Origin: Nymphaea colorata
Taxonomy: Eukaryota
NCBI RefSeq assembly: GCF_008831285.2
Contig: NC_045138.2
Coordinates: 30,194,001-30,258,000 of the forward strand
DNA: 64,000 bases
Reading direction: 5' to 3'
This document shows, in pieces, positions 44,130 to 56,390 of the stretch. The notes below the pieces were generated by a model, which was given only the letters and a program-made list of their open reading frames with translations, ran no database searches and had not been told where the DNA came from. Every line of letters begins with the position of its first letter. Within the stretch, counting starts at the first letter, position 1. The position numbers and the translations under genes were made by a program.

Positions 44130-46227
44130 TTAAACTTTTTTTTATCAAGGTTACCTTGAACCTATATATCAATGAAAACTCGGCCAAAACTCATTTGAAG
44201 CCGTGTCGAGCTGCACCAGCACCAACACCCGCACCGATACAGGTACGCCACCATAGTTGGCGCACCCGAGTGACTTAGACAGCGAATTTCGCAAAAACTT
44301 CAATGCATGGGCAAGGCACACCAAGAAACTACCTTAGGGCCAAAGCCATCATGCAAGCCCTCTGGTTCTAGCAGCTTCTACATGTGAGGCTCTATCCCAT
44401 GGCCAACAGAGGCTCTGTCCCACTGCCGGAAGCTAGGTTCTCCTGCAAAGTTTCGAGTTCCTCCTAAAAGGTTTGTACTAGGGCCAACTCATCAGCACTG
44501 GTTGCAATGAACCATACCTAGATGTTTCCATGAAGGTCATAGGTAAAGGCTTCAGCAACACCAATACACAATTGCCACCTCACTCATGCTTTGGGGAGTC
44601 GCAGCAAGTAGAGTGAAAAATTGCCAAGACATGACTCTATTCAAGCTACTCAATCAATGTGTCCTCCGATGCGCACCATCACCATAACTTAGATACCAAC
44701 TTCACATGGCAACTTCTTTTTTTGTCAATGTGCCAAGTGCAACCAAAATCTCCTGAATACAAAAGAAATTTATCAAACTAGATGTTATGCTTGGTTCTGC
44801 CTAAATTTGATCCCAGCAGTCAAATCCATGTTCAAGTTTAGCAAAACTTAAATGAACGAGTGGGCGTACCATGACACTATTTTAAAGCCGAAACTTCTTG
44901 TATTTACTCAGCTTCGCACAAAAGTATTTCCCAAATACCCCTCAAGGTTCTAGTAGGTAGCTATATAAAACTCTCAAAATTAAACAATCCAAATTAGTCA
45001 TTTTACAAATGGTGATTAAAAAAGCATGTGGAAATACGGATGTGCCATCCATGCCACTTAGCATTTCAATTATCCCATGTCGCCTCATCCCAAGACCACA
45101 TCATTTGAAAAGATTCAAGTCTCAGCCATACCCATAAGCTAAAGCACACAAGCATACCATGTCCTCCCTTGAAGCACCTTTTCATATTAAGCATTTGATC
45201 TTGCTCAATCTCCAGTAGTGGGCCACTCTGTGTGCCCCTGCACACTGGCCTTGTCACATGAACCAGTGCATGAACACAATGTTATAAAAGGCGTAGCGTA
45301 TCGCGTATCGGTCGGGCCGACCTATACGCTGTATCGTAACGTATCGTAAACGTAGCGTAACGTATTGTAAAATTAATTTTTAAATTTTAAAAAATATTTA
45401 AAAATCAGAAAAAATAGACAAAAATTCTCAAAAATCTGAAAACAATGAACAAAAAATCAGAAATCAAGAAAAATAAAAAATGTATTCAAATATAAAAAAG
45501 ATCATCATACATAAGGAACATTCATGTGTATACTATCAACAACACATTCAAAAATAAGAAATCAAATATTCAAATTAACATAATAAGCATCTATCACAAT
45601 TTTAAACTTGAAAATTTTATAAAATTTGAGGACTTAGAGTCTTAAGTCTTGGAGTTTTAGGACTTAGATTACATCAGAATTTTATAAGTTCAAACATACA
45701 GTTATCATATTTCATGATTCAACGATGATATCTCCCAAATCGATGAATCATCGGTTAATTTTTATGAAAATACGCAAAATTTCTCCCTCCTATGTCCATT
45801 GGAGTCTTTAAATACAAGAAGAGAGAGAGGAAGGAGTGTTTAAACTTTTAAAAAATAAAGAATTTTATGTTTTCTCCCGTATCGTACGATACGGGGGTGT
45901 ATCGCCCGTATCGTACGATACGGCCGATACGGGTACGATACGCACGCGTATCGTGTATTGAACATGTATCGTATAGGTTTCTTCAACCTATACGATATGT
46001 ATCGTACGATACGCGTGCGTATCGTACGATACGGATAACATTGCATGAACATGCCCTCCATCATTCGTCTTATTGGCCTGGTAGTTAATCACTTCACTCT
46101 ACCTGACTCCACTTTGTATGGACACTCTGCCAAGGTCAACAAACTAGTCTCCACTGTTAGAATGTATGTACCCCTTCTATATATATATATGTATATACAT
46201 TACATATATTAGTCATCTAATATGTGT

Positions 46228-46275
<48 letters not shown>

Positions 46276-49200
46276 TTTGGGTACTTAGGATATTTATGTA
46301 AGAACCAGGACAATCATCTCATTAATGGTCTCCTTTTATAAGTCCTTGAAGATCTCTCACAATCTTCGATACAGGACTAAACTTCTGGGGTGTTACAATC
46401 CACCCCCCTTAAGGCACATGCGTCAGCTCGTGTGGGACCCCAGGTCCGAGTGTTGAAACTGCTCTGATACTACTATAACAACCCGACCCACTCCCGGGCT
46501 CGGGCCCCTGATTCGACGGATCCCAACCTGCCCCTAACAGTTTCGGTTCCAATCCTAAAAAGGCTAGGAACCAGGACAATCATCTCATTAATGGCCTCCT
46601 TTTACAAGTCCTTGAAGATCTCTCACAATCTTCGATACAGGACTAAACTTCTGGGCTGTTACAGAGACCAGTCCCAACGGCTAGAATTCTAACCGTTGGA
46701 ACTAGTCGCCAAAGGCTAGTCTTCTCCTCTCTCTTGTTCTCTTCCTTATAAATAGTGTACATCCTCTAGTGCCTTCTTATGGCTTTTTAGCCACTTCTTG
46801 TAGTGCTTATTGGAATCAATATATGTTCTTTGTTCATCTTGGTGTGGCCTCTTGAGTATTACTTTGTTGTGTTGGAGGAAGCTTCAAGTGTGACATTATT
46901 GAAGTATTAGTCTTGTTTGGGCCTGATTTACATCCACATGTCTAGCACTCTAGCATTCCAAATAGGTCATGCCAACGTTCAGATCCAAGACTAGTTTACG
47001 TGGTCACTTTCTCATGACTACCCCATCACAAGCCAAGTATCTCAGCCATCAGGTCGGACCAGCTGCCTGTCGATGCCAATCTGCCTGTTTTACCTATCTC
47101 ATTGAAGCAAAGCCAACTGATCCTTTTGTCACTTGCACATGCACACATTGCCATAGCTGCAAAATGTGCATCTTTCAGCGTTATCAAGTGAGCCACCAGT
47201 TCTTGATGACCTGCCTACTTTGGGCAGCTCCTGGTCCATGTTACAGTGAGATACAGATGCCATGTGAAGAATCCATGTGACATTTTATCATACAGCATAA
47301 TACCTTCCACTCTTTGCAATGACATTAAATAAAAGATAGGTGCTTTATACTCAATAGAATAAAGAATTACTAGAAATAGACAATATATTCAAGTTGTAAA
47401 ACATGCATGATCAACGTTTATATATTCCAATCAAAAGTGACATTGTACCTCGTAAATTTCGCTGACCAATTCTAAAAGTGATATAAATGGATGGGAACTT
47501 GTTTGTGAAATTTGTTCCTTCTCACTATCAGCAATTGCCAAGCTGCTTGGTCCTCCAGTTAGGTACGGATGCATTGAACTCATTGCCTTCTCCTTCATTT
47601 CTTTTACCTGTCCATTATATCTTTACAAGTGAAGGAAGTGCCAGACCATAAATATAAAAAAGAAGACATACATTTAACATAATGAAACTAAATTGTTCCT
47701 ACATGGAAAAGAACAGCTTTCAGTTTCAAGGCTAAATCATAATCAAAATTATTATCAAACAAAATTTTTATTCAGATTTCTTTTCAGATAGTTTTTTTCT
47801 CAAAAGACTAAAAATTGTAAATAACAAAAGACCTATGAAATACTAAGTCTTCAATCCAAAATATGAAAAAACCAATAAAAAATCATTTAACACAGGAGTG
47901 GAAGGGGGAGAGAGAGAGAGAAAGAGAGAGCATAAACTTAAAAGATGTAAAATATTTTCGAAATCCCGAGGGAGATTAATTTGAAAATACCAGATAGTTT
48001 TCTGATATTGCTGTTCCATTTCAAAAAGCTATTTATTTGAATGATTCTGTACTACTAATATTGATGACTAGAGCCTAAACAAGATAGAGACCATAAAGAT
48101 TGCAATAAAAGAGGCTGCTACATGGTAAAAGATGCTCAGAAACGGAAAAATTAATCTAGGAATAGAGCAGTATTACCAAAACAAACCCAAAAAAATATGC
48201 ATTTAGTCCATAAGAAGTATAGGCTAAATTGGCTAATGCCATAGACAACGCCAATGCCACTAGTAACATGCTTCCATCATGGTATATGCTAATGAGTAAT
48301 AGGCCACAACCAACACTCGTGGTTTCCTGTGGTGAAGAATGCATGTTAAAGTTGCAAACTATCATCAAGTGAAAGAGAGAGAACCTTATCTCGAGCAATG
48401 GGATTGGATAGAAAGCACGTAACAAGTTTATGCATGTACGCGGTATACATATAGACCATGTCGTCGTCATCATTCTGCAAAGTATATAGTCAGAAAATTT
48501 CAGGTTATTTCACAATTGTGATGTCATAGATGGAAGTAGAGAGACAGATCAACTAATAAAAGACAAAAGGAACTACTAGACTGACTTAAGGAATACTTCT
48601 GAAACTGTCAACAGTTTACTAATTTACACTAAATGAAGCCTAAGCAAATTACAAATATTTCACATGGGTGTGGGGTGTAGGTGCTGGCCCAGGCACAGAT
48701 GCAGCAATTTTTCAAAAAAAAAAAATTAGGGGCAGGTGCAGAAAGGATGCATGTGAAAGGATGCATGTATATGTGTGTGTACATATGTATATAAATCATT
48801 TGTACATAGTTATTTAACTGTTTAGTAGTCATATTTATCTGTAATTATTTACATGTGAACTTTTTGTATTAGAGATAATTTAGTTATGTGCTAAAATGGT
48901 CAGTTTTAATCCAGTTCAGCTGACTAAACCGGATGTGTTGTGTCGGATAAACACCAGCACCAGCACCACCATCAAGGCATCAACATAGGTGCAGCAGTCA
49001 TTTGGAAGCACCCATGTGACTCAGATACAATGCACCACCATAAAGAAATCATTTTATCAATTTAATGTAAAAAACAGGTTGCAGCAGCACAACAGTTGAA
49101 AGATAATAGAGAGCATAAAATCTGAAGACTCTGAACAGCAAAATTAACCAAATTTTGAATGTGATACAAGACAAAGGACAAAGAATTCAAAAAATAGAGT

Positions 49201-51657
49201 GCCATTACAGTAAACAACAGATGAAGAAACATCAGTAATGAAGTTCTATTAAATTGGCCATTCTATTCTATAGCATTGTCCAATTCCCCATTGAAATGTA
49301 TCCTCTACATTTGATGCGCAAACCTGATATGCAGCTGTACGAAGGATTTTATCCAGTAAAATCTGGAAAGCATTCCTTGAGCAAACAAGCTCCAGGCATG
49401 AAGTAATCGAGGCAGTTTCAGCAGCACTATTTTCCTCTGATGTCAGCATCAAGTGAACAGTCCAGGTCAGCCTTATGGCACCAATGAATTCCTCAACTTT
49501 TTGATCATTTCCAGAAGACATCATCTTAAAGGCACAGCAAACAAAAAGACAAACTGGGATTATGCACTAAAGCAAAGTACATTGCAGGTCATGAGAAAAT
49601 ATCGTCTTATACAGCAGCTTACCAGTTCTTGAAACTCTCTTCTAAATGAAGTGTCGTTGCACAGAATAGATGTCTTGTCTGGGGCTGTGCTTAAAGCATC
49701 TGATATAAAAGATATGACAATCCCAAACAGTAGGCTAAAAACAATCTGCCTCAAAAAGAGATACAAGGTCAAAGAATGAGACAATAAATGCAAGCTTGAA
49801 TTCACTGTGTTGCAAGAACGCTGGCACATGATGGTGTCATACATGGAACAAAACACTGGACAGGACAGGCATTGAAATCCTAAGCACTTGGGCAGGCAAG
49901 TACATATGCACATTCAGATGTGTGTCTATGCTTACATTTTTCAGAGAGGAGGATGGTACAAGAAAAGTAATAAAAAAAGGCATTCCAAATATGTGAACAC
50001 AAAAAAAGACATCTTCAAATATATGAACTTTAAAAGTCCGCGAATTAGAAGTCTGAAAGATAGCACTGAAATGCACTAAAGCAATTAAGTGCCCAACTAT
50101 GGACCCTTCATGCTAAATGGTTGACACTTCATTCCAGAAATGTGCCAACTGCCAAACTACACTAAGATTGTCCAACTTTGACACTCATGTATAGTTATTT
50201 TGACTTTTTGACACTTCCGACATGCATTGGCATGTAAAACCAGTGAGCAACACCAATGCTTCCGGCTTCATCAAATGTGTGTGGAACATCATGGTCTATA
50301 ACTAACCAGAAGAAATGACGCAAGCAGAGCTGTTCCACAGATAAAGAAAAAAGATGGTGAAAAAGAAAAGCATCTACACAAGGCCTGAACAATACTGGGA
50401 ACTTTCAAAAGGACTAAGAAGAAAACCTGAAGCTTCTGTGTCTCCTTATCATCAGTTACTTCAGCAATACTCTCTTTTAATCCAAAGAACATGTCTTTCA
50501 CATCCTTGGAGTCTGCAGTTTCAAAAATTCATCAAAGATGTCAAGTAACAGAAACGATAGTCATGTGAAAACATGTTGAAGAACACATTCACGTTACTAT
50601 TTCTGCATGTGTGCACAGGACTGGACATCATGTTACACGTTCATGTATTCTTTGTCCTCACTAAAAGGACCAAACCTTTGAGGATTTATGCCCAGTAAAA
50701 TGTAGAGAACTGAAACAAGAAGTTATAACACATGGAAACAGCACATGGAACATAAGACTTAGTCACCCTCCGGCCTCCAGGCTGCACCAAACCCTGTGGA
50801 TTGTACCCTTGGCCAAGGGCTTATGCCTGCTTAAGCCTGCATAGAGAACGATACTAACAACCAAAAGTCATCCCACTGCACCATCCCCCTTGTGGCTGTG
50901 AAGCAAAAAAAGTTTTGTCCTTTTTCTTCCTTTGTCTGCTTCATGCTTACAAAGAACAAACAGAAACTAATCGTGCTAGTGTGGTTACTTGTTTCTCATA
51001 TGTTTAGAATACAGTAATTCCACATTGAACCAGGAGTAATCACCTTATTTCAAGAAGCCTAATACAGCCCCTAGAATGAAATGATTTGGAAAGCACAATA
51101 TGAATTGTCCTTAGAGTCTATGGCTGCTTTTTGCATGCTCTTCTGTACATCAATCAGGTCCATGCCAAGACTGTCAGGCAGTTCGCATCATTGTGGTAAC
51201 AAAGCCACACATCCAGTTGAATCTTTTTTTTAGACACAGAGTTCTTAGTCCCCATTCTCTCTTGTTCCTGAGCATTCTTCTCATTACTTAGTTTGGATTG
51301 TCAACCCTTTCTTATTATTTACGTCCCCTAATGTATTCCAAGACCAATCCCCCCCCCCCAACCAAAACACACACATACCAAGAAAAGGCTTCAACGTTCA
51401 GATCTGCCTTTCAGATCGTAATCAACATCATGCACGAAGGTCGGCTGATGCCAGCAAGTCTATCTGTGCCATTTTGACTAGAGGAACATGACATAATTCA
51501 CAGCTTATTCAGTGCTCATCTTAATGATTTACAGCCCTATGTCGATTTTGGATTGACAACAACCACAGTAGTTGCATTAGCGTCCCATGTGATGTCCTAG
51601 TAAATAGCTGTATTAGCACATCACCTGATGTCATGGTAAGTTGATTTATCATCAGAT

Positions 51658-51711
<54 letters not shown>

Positions 51712-54700
51712 ATATATATATATATACACACACACACATGGTAATAGTATGTGTATGCATATTGCTGTTTGTAGGCACTCCACACTCACAAAAAAATATG
51801 TTAGTCATTGCCTTTCATTGTCTGGCATGCCATTGCATCCGCATAAAGGTCCTTTACTTTCTTTGAAACATTTCCAATCTACACATTTTTCTTCTATCCA
51901 CCAGTAGATGTATATGTATGTATATCGTTGTCTATAGGCATTCAGCACTTGTCTGGATGCAATTGGTTCCACATAAAGGTCCTTTACTCTACTGTGTTTG
52001 CAACACTTCCAAACTACACTTTTTTCTTCTATCCATCAGTTCCTCCTTACAATCACAACTTATCCAGGACAAATTGACTTATCTTCCAATTATGCTGTCT
52101 TAAAATAACAAATTATGCATTTATCAAAAGCTTGGAGGTAGCCATAGAGATGTGTGGCTCCAAGCTTACATATGAACTTTTGAGACACAAAGAGCAAGAT
52201 GTAGTGACAAAATTTTCCTCATATATTGCCCCACAGGTAAGAACAAGATCCTTCACCATAAGTAAACAGTAACAAGCATACGCATGTCAGAATAGGTTTA
52301 CAAGTTTTGATCATGGCACTGCAAGAAAATAGTTTGGGCATAAACGTTAAAACATGTCCATAGTGTTGAAATTCTAAAAGCCCCTAAAGCAACAGAGCAA
52401 GGGACTCATGACATAATATGAAGAGTATGGTAGATGGACTTACATTTATTAAGCACTGTTTTTAAAAGAACTGGATGAGGGTAAATAAGCCTCCGAGCCA
52501 AATACACCATGTTAATATGCTATTAGTGTAACTGAAATATTAGCCTCAGCTTTGGTCCATAATCTCGTAATGTGAGATCTTACCTGTTCTTATGGAGAAG
52601 GATGATGTTCAATACAACCAAAACTATGACATCTTTAATCTGAATGTATTTGAAAATGCACTTACAATAGGAAAAATACATTTAGAGGGGGAAGAGACAG
52701 GGAAAGGCATAGCAGGACATAGGCTAGGCAGCTAGTGTTATGAAGTCTTAATGAAGATAATCTGTTGAAGCATAAGAAAATAATGACAACCACTGTACGA
52801 ATTTGAAGACAGCAAACCTTTTGGAGAAAGGCACCAATTTAAGAATGAAAATGAAAAAACAGCTGAAGCCTCCCATAAGGACAGACAGCTAAGCTCTTAT
52901 ATGATCAAGGAAGCAAAATGCAGATCACTAACCGAAGCCAGACTATGTGGATGCAGGCCTCAATTATTAATCTAGAATGTAAGTTCCAATCAAAGTTTCT
53001 TAATACAAATATTGCAGTTTGGAAACAGCTGTAGCAACAAATGAATCCTGGATCAGAGCATAAATCCAAATACCAAGCAGAATGAGTACCTTAAAAAGGA
53101 GATTCAGACTGCAGGTCCAGTATTCAAGAAGGACCACGCAGCTCATATAACAGGTTCTAGGATAATAGGGATATACAATTACAAACAGCTAGTTAATAGG
53201 TTAGAAACTTAGAACCATAGGCTTCCCATCTAGCCAGATCAGGATTTGAGACCTGGAGTTCAATAAAAATCCGTGTCAATCCAATCAATGTCTTGTCAGT
53301 GTTTTTGACTTCCAAAAAATCCAAGTAGCCTACCTGGTCATTCTGAAACCAGTTTTACCTTATGAGCATGATGGATCCATTGCATAAGGCTAATCATGCA
53401 AATGTCTGTGACACTTAAGACACACAACCCCTTTTTTTAATGGCGGAAGGGGGAAAGAGAGGCACACATAAGAGAAAGAGAGAGAGGGAGATGAATACGT
53501 TCACATATAGACATGTATGCTTTTCATATTCAAAAACACCTCATCATTTATCAGTTACAAGCAACCATCATTCTCTGTCTGTGCCCACATGCATTTCAAA
53601 TCCAGCATTACATTTTCTATTATCCATTACAAAGGGACCAAAACTACCTGTCTGTGTCTCAAATATACATGGAAACTATTCCTTACTGGAAACATGAATA
53701 GGTTTTCTTATTAACCTTTAAGTTTAAAGAATCAACAAAAAAAGGAAGAGAAAAGGATCCTACTTGGCCGAACAACAAGAACTGAAATAGCAAGGCAATG
53801 ACCAACAGTAAGCCGCTCCCTTAGAACAACTGCATTACGTTTCACAAGAGCACCTCTAGAATCCATCACATATTGCTCCACCTGATGCTGCCCACTTGAT
53901 GTTGCTGCTTCTGCTCGACTGAGTTCCTGGGGGATCATCAATCCTAAGTTTGTAGAGCATAACTTTTAAAGAAGACAGTAAAATAGATATGAAAGCATAA
54001 TCACCGATATTTTGGAAATGCTTCTTCTATAATTTAAAAGGCTTGCATAGATGTTTGCCAATGTTTTTGTAAAATGAGATGGTAGGAAACCCATAGTTTC
54101 ATAAATCTTTTCTACTGCTATCTATATTTCAAATTTTTTTGAATTACTGAAATTTTACCCCAAAAAAAAGCAAATAAATAATTCCAAGAAACACCTTCTT
54201 GAGTTGAGAATGATATTTGCGACTATGATTACAGAATACAAACACACACACATATATAAATACTGAGCATGAATGAGAGGCTTTTAGACTTTGAGGATAA
54301 AGGGAAAATTACCTAAATCTAAAAATAAAGAACATGTTTTTCCGTACTTATGTTTTAGACTAGGAATAGAGTTCCATATCTTGATAAATGATTTGATGAA
54401 CACAGTAAAATAAAAGTTAAAACAACCTATTAGATGTCTGTGGGTTGATACTGACAGAATATGTCCAGATATCTACTAGGGGCAGAATGACTGCATATGC
54501 AAAGAAAACACACTCTCTTCCACGCACAGAGATCAAAAACTCAACTTTGTCTTCCTCAAAAGATAACCTTTAATATCTGCTAGAGAAAAGATTGAGAAGA
54601 CTATGGACAAATACTAATGAATCAGCAGAAAAACTATGTGAAGCACTAATTCATACGCTAAAACAAAAATAAGAACCTTTACTTATTGGTCTATTAGTTT

Positions 54701-56273
54701 GATTCCTAAGAAACATGAAAGTTGTTATGCTCTAAGCTACATGGGTGCGGGTATGGTCTGCTGGTAATTTTTAAATTTCTAAAATTTGGGCTTACTTTTG
54801 TAATGTAGGCAAAATCTGAATAAAGCTAAGAAAAATTATAGATAAATAAAAAAGACTTTAAAAGGAGGCCAACCCTTTTAAAGTTTAAACCCACTCTCGA
54901 CTCTCGCATCTAAACCATTTAGCGTGGGTGGTGAACATTGGGAAGGCGGATAGTGCGCAGCTTTGGAAGGACATCAGCTCATGTAATCTCCCTCTCGCTT
55001 GCTCATGCTAGTGGCTAGTTGCTCGCCCACTAGTGATTTTTATTTGTCGCTGCTGAATCTTCTTGCTTTTAATTTGGTAATTTAAATTTTAGTGTGCGCC
55101 CCATGCATGTAAATAAAGGCTACATGTGAGACACAACATGAGATGACAAAAAGTCAGGCACACCCTGTCTATTAACTACAATGCAGTCACATAACCACTT
55201 GCAGTTTTTGCATGAAATTGACTGAGACATTAATCAAATGGATAGACCAAGATCACGAAACTAATGCATGTAATTTGCAACGAACAACGTTAAAGGTACA
55301 AATTGTGGAAGAATGAACGAATTATAGAAGCAACCTTCATGAGTGAGATCAATCGTTGTCTGAGCCCAGACTTGAACAAGTCTTCAAGGTAGCATTGGAT
55401 ATCAGACACGATATCTGGCTCAAGCCCTTGATCCAACACAACAGCCTGTTAAAATGTTTGCATTTATCAATTTCCAGCGAGGACCTCAAAGAAAATAGCA
55501 CAAAGGAGAAATGCACGGCGAATTACAATACCCTCAGGAGCGTATAAAGAGAAGTAATCAAAGCTCTCCTCTCAGTGTACCACAGCCCTGCTGCAAGCCG
55601 GAAGATTTCCGACGGTTCCCGCCCAAATAGATCCCACTGCACACCAATTCATGCAAGTTAAATCAGAAAACACTCACTAAGCAAACTTCACAAAGAAGGG
55701 ATTGCACGATTCGGCGGCGAGTTCGAAAACCTCCTGATGTGCGTGCACAAGCAACGAGACGCAATCGATTTCGTTCAGATTCAATTCGTCACTCAGCTTG
55801 AGAGCCTGCAGATTCGAACCCACAAAGAAACGACGGAACAGTGAGTAAGTGAGTGAGTGAGTGAGTGAGGCAATTCCGCAACCACGACACAATTGTTTGG
55901 TCCTTATACGGGAATATGGAATTGGAGCTTACAATCTGAACATCCAGGTCGTCGAGCGACGGTGAGACGTCCTGAAGTCTTACTTCTTTAGACATAACCT
56001 GAGTACGATCGGACGGTTTCGGCGCCTGTTACAGTTGCACAAGAAACTCAGCACACCCACACAAAAAAAGTAACCAGAAACGGCGAAAATGGTGACAACG
56101 AAATGAAATGGGACAGGAAGACGGACACCTACAGTGTAAGAGAGGAACGATCGGAAGACGGGGAGAGCGTCGCGGAGAGCGTGCATGAGCTCGACTCTCT
56201 GCCGCGGCGTCGGGCCCGAGGGGCCAAGCAGGGTTGACTCGACCGTCGCGAGCAGCGCCTTAGGGGAAACCAT
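20619..56273 (-). CDS. NUP205: Nuclear pore complex protein NUP205 (Nup192/205 family), 45 exons, ~1863 aa
   Basis: Exons 5'->3' on minus: 56273-56133, 56025-55933, 55805-55731, 55636-55532, 55445-55335, 53926-53764, 50512-50427, 49745-49623, 49524-49324, 48474-48385, 47607-47449, 42470-42354, 42282-42076, 41945-41844, 41776-41630, 40627-40497, 40373-40254, 39710-39587, 39213-39016, 38948-38830, 37724-37574, 37490-37378, 37292-37211, 37132-37046, 36956-36879, 35199-34996, 34389-34297, 32048-31935, 31780-31613, 31528-31473, 31385-31313, 31236-31046, 30957-30828, 30725-30648, 26740-26576, 24328-24155, 24095-23958, 23595-23452, 23357-23235, 23157-23062, 22368-22231, 22149-22049, 21747-21628, 21546-21468, 20702-20619. 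Total 5592 nt in frame, all GT-AG. Recognisable plant NUP205 segments: MVSPKALL..., ALKLSDELNLNEIDCV, GLWYTERR, VYDMRYELNEVEARAERYPSTISFLNLLN, YNRNLEEQAAQLH, C-terminal EKVGHSLKVFHRL. Confidence 0.93.
25336..25580 (+). mobile_element. LTR retrotransposon relic: LTR end followed by primer-binding site
   Basis: ...GCAACA (25568) immediately followed by TGGTATCAGAGC (25569-25580), the Met-i tRNA PBS; LTR start uncertain. Confidence 0.5.
25863..25912. repeat. 25-bp perfect tandem duplication
   Basis: GTAATGAAAAAAATCTTCAACATGA x2. Confidence 0.9.
27456..27808. mobile_element. hAT-type MITE (CATAGTCAC family) in a NUP205 intron
   Basis: CATAGTCACAAA...TTTGTGACTATG; TSD GTCCAATT / GTCCAAAT (7/8). 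Confidence 0.85.
28182..28375. repeat. Diverged ~99-bp tandem duplication
   Basis: GAAGAG.CAACAAGAAATAAA...TATCTGCCTATGGTATTTAAGACAAT at 28182 and 28281. Confidence 0.8.
28764..28833. repeat. Compound (TA)n(CA)n(CATATA)n microsatellite
   Basis: Direct reading. Confidence 0.9.
29330..29895 (+). mobile_element. Diverged dispersed repeat, probably a degenerate L1 LINE ORF2 3' fragment (copy 1)
   Basis: Alignable by eye with 57805-58225 (e.g. CAACCGTAAGAATC, CAGGAAAACTA.GCAACACTATGCA, GCAAACATATGAAAT, GGATGGAGTT); PIICLILWMA and IPKLCLWH resemble L1 C-terminal motifs; A-rich tail 29866-29895. Confidence 0.5.
32717..33088. mobile_element. hAT-type MITE (CATAGTCAC family), opposite orientation
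   Basis: TAGTCACAGAAAACGCG...ATTTGTGACTACG; body is the reverse complement of the 27456 and 43158 copies; TSD not recognisable. Confidence 0.75.
36326..36600 (-). mobile_element. Possible degenerate L1 LINE fragment (RNase H-like start)
   Basis: LPMASSLLCWSPLRENN...WKWPEGGKKINF resembles the L1 W..ERN and W..P..G..K.N motifs. Confidence 0.3.
39898..40157. mobile_element. Tourist-like (PIF/Harbinger) MITE in a NUP205 intron
   Basis: TIR GGGGTGTTTGGGTGACAC...GTGTCATCCAAACGCCCC flanked by TAA (39895-39897 / 40158-40160); internal AAAACCAGGTTTT-type repeats. Confidence 0.85.
43158..43486. mobile_element. hAT-type MITE (CATAGTCAC family)
   Basis: CAGAGTCACAAAT...TCTGTGACTAGG; body colinear with the 27456 copy; no clear TSD. 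Confidence 0.75.
43503..43897. mobile_element. hAT-type MITE (CTAAGTCAC family, GATAC/GTAC repeats) with internal (TA)n
   Basis: Starts CTAAGTCACATGGATACG, degenerate end ATATGATTTAC; flanks ATCTGAAC / AAACGAAC (5/8). Confidence 0.6.
43976..44278. mobile_element. hAT-type MITE (CTAAGTCAC family, GGGTGC repeats) with internal (TA)n
   Basis: CTATGTCAGATGGGTGCGG...GCACCCGAGTGACTTAG; TSD ACAGTGAG / ACAGCGAA (6/8). Confidence 0.75.
45277..46043. mobile_element. Non-autonomous hAT-type element (CAATGTTAT family), copy 2, in NUP205 intron 11
   Basis: TIR CAATGTTAT...ATAACATTG; perfect 8-bp TSD CATGAACA (45269-45276 / 46044-46051); colinear with 17767-18548. Confidence 0.92.
46155..46932 (+). mobile_element. 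Solo LTR of an LTR retrotransposon, interrupted by a TRIM
   Basis: TGTTAG...TTTACA termini; perfect 5-bp TSD TCCAC (46150-46154 / 46933-46937); internal TATAAATAG at ~46747. Confidence 0.8.
46302..46663 (-). mobile_element. TRIM (terminal-repeat retrotransposon in miniature), 3' LTR truncated
   Basis: On minus: 190-bp LTR 46663-46474 (TGTAAC...GTTATA), PBS TAGTATCAGAGC (46472-46461, one mismatch to the Met-i tRNA PBS TGGTATCAGAGC), ~75-bp internal region, PPT AAGGGGGGTGGAT (46410-46398), then a second near-identical LTR 46397-46302 that is cut off. Confidence 0.88.
48655..49024. mobile_element. Degenerate hAT-type MITE (CTAAGTCAC family)
   Basis: ...TCACATGGGTGTGGGGTG...GCACCCATGTGACTCAG; same GGTGC/GCACC subterminal pattern as 43976-44278; left boundary approximate. 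Confidence 0.55.
51660..51738. repeat. Compound (CT)n(TA)n(CA)n microsatellite
   Basis: Direct reading. Confidence 0.9.
51745..52040. repeat. Diverged tandem duplication (~135-160 bp units)
   Basis: Both units contain TAGGCA.TC, TGTCTGG, CATAAAGGTCCTTTACT and TTTTCTTCTATCCA.CAGT. Confidence 0.75.
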
Positions 56274-56390
56274 GGCTGCACGCACCCCCTAGCCTGAGAA
56301 AGAGAGATTGAAACAGAAGCCGAGAGGGCAGCAGAGAAGAGGCGCGAAATGGGCAGAGAAGATTCAAATACCGGGCGGATGGGAGGCCTC

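Larger units (their letters stand above)
44300..47290 (-). pseudogene. Possible highly degenerate hAT transposase relic hosting the nested insertions in NUP205 intron 11
   Basis: Frameshifted minus-strand fragments in the expected order: LDNA...C.H...NEIGK (~47200-47080, DUF659-like), WDN*NAKW...FFNH (~45080-45010), *FDKF..GDFG...W*WCA.GGH (~44780-44660, dimerisation-domain-like). Motif resemblance only; boundaries approximate. Confidence 0.35.

Noticed and set aside
46474..46663. Cassandra (5S-bearing) TRIM
   Set aside because: No 5S rRNA A/C-box-like sequence recognised in the LTR; called a generic TRIM instead.
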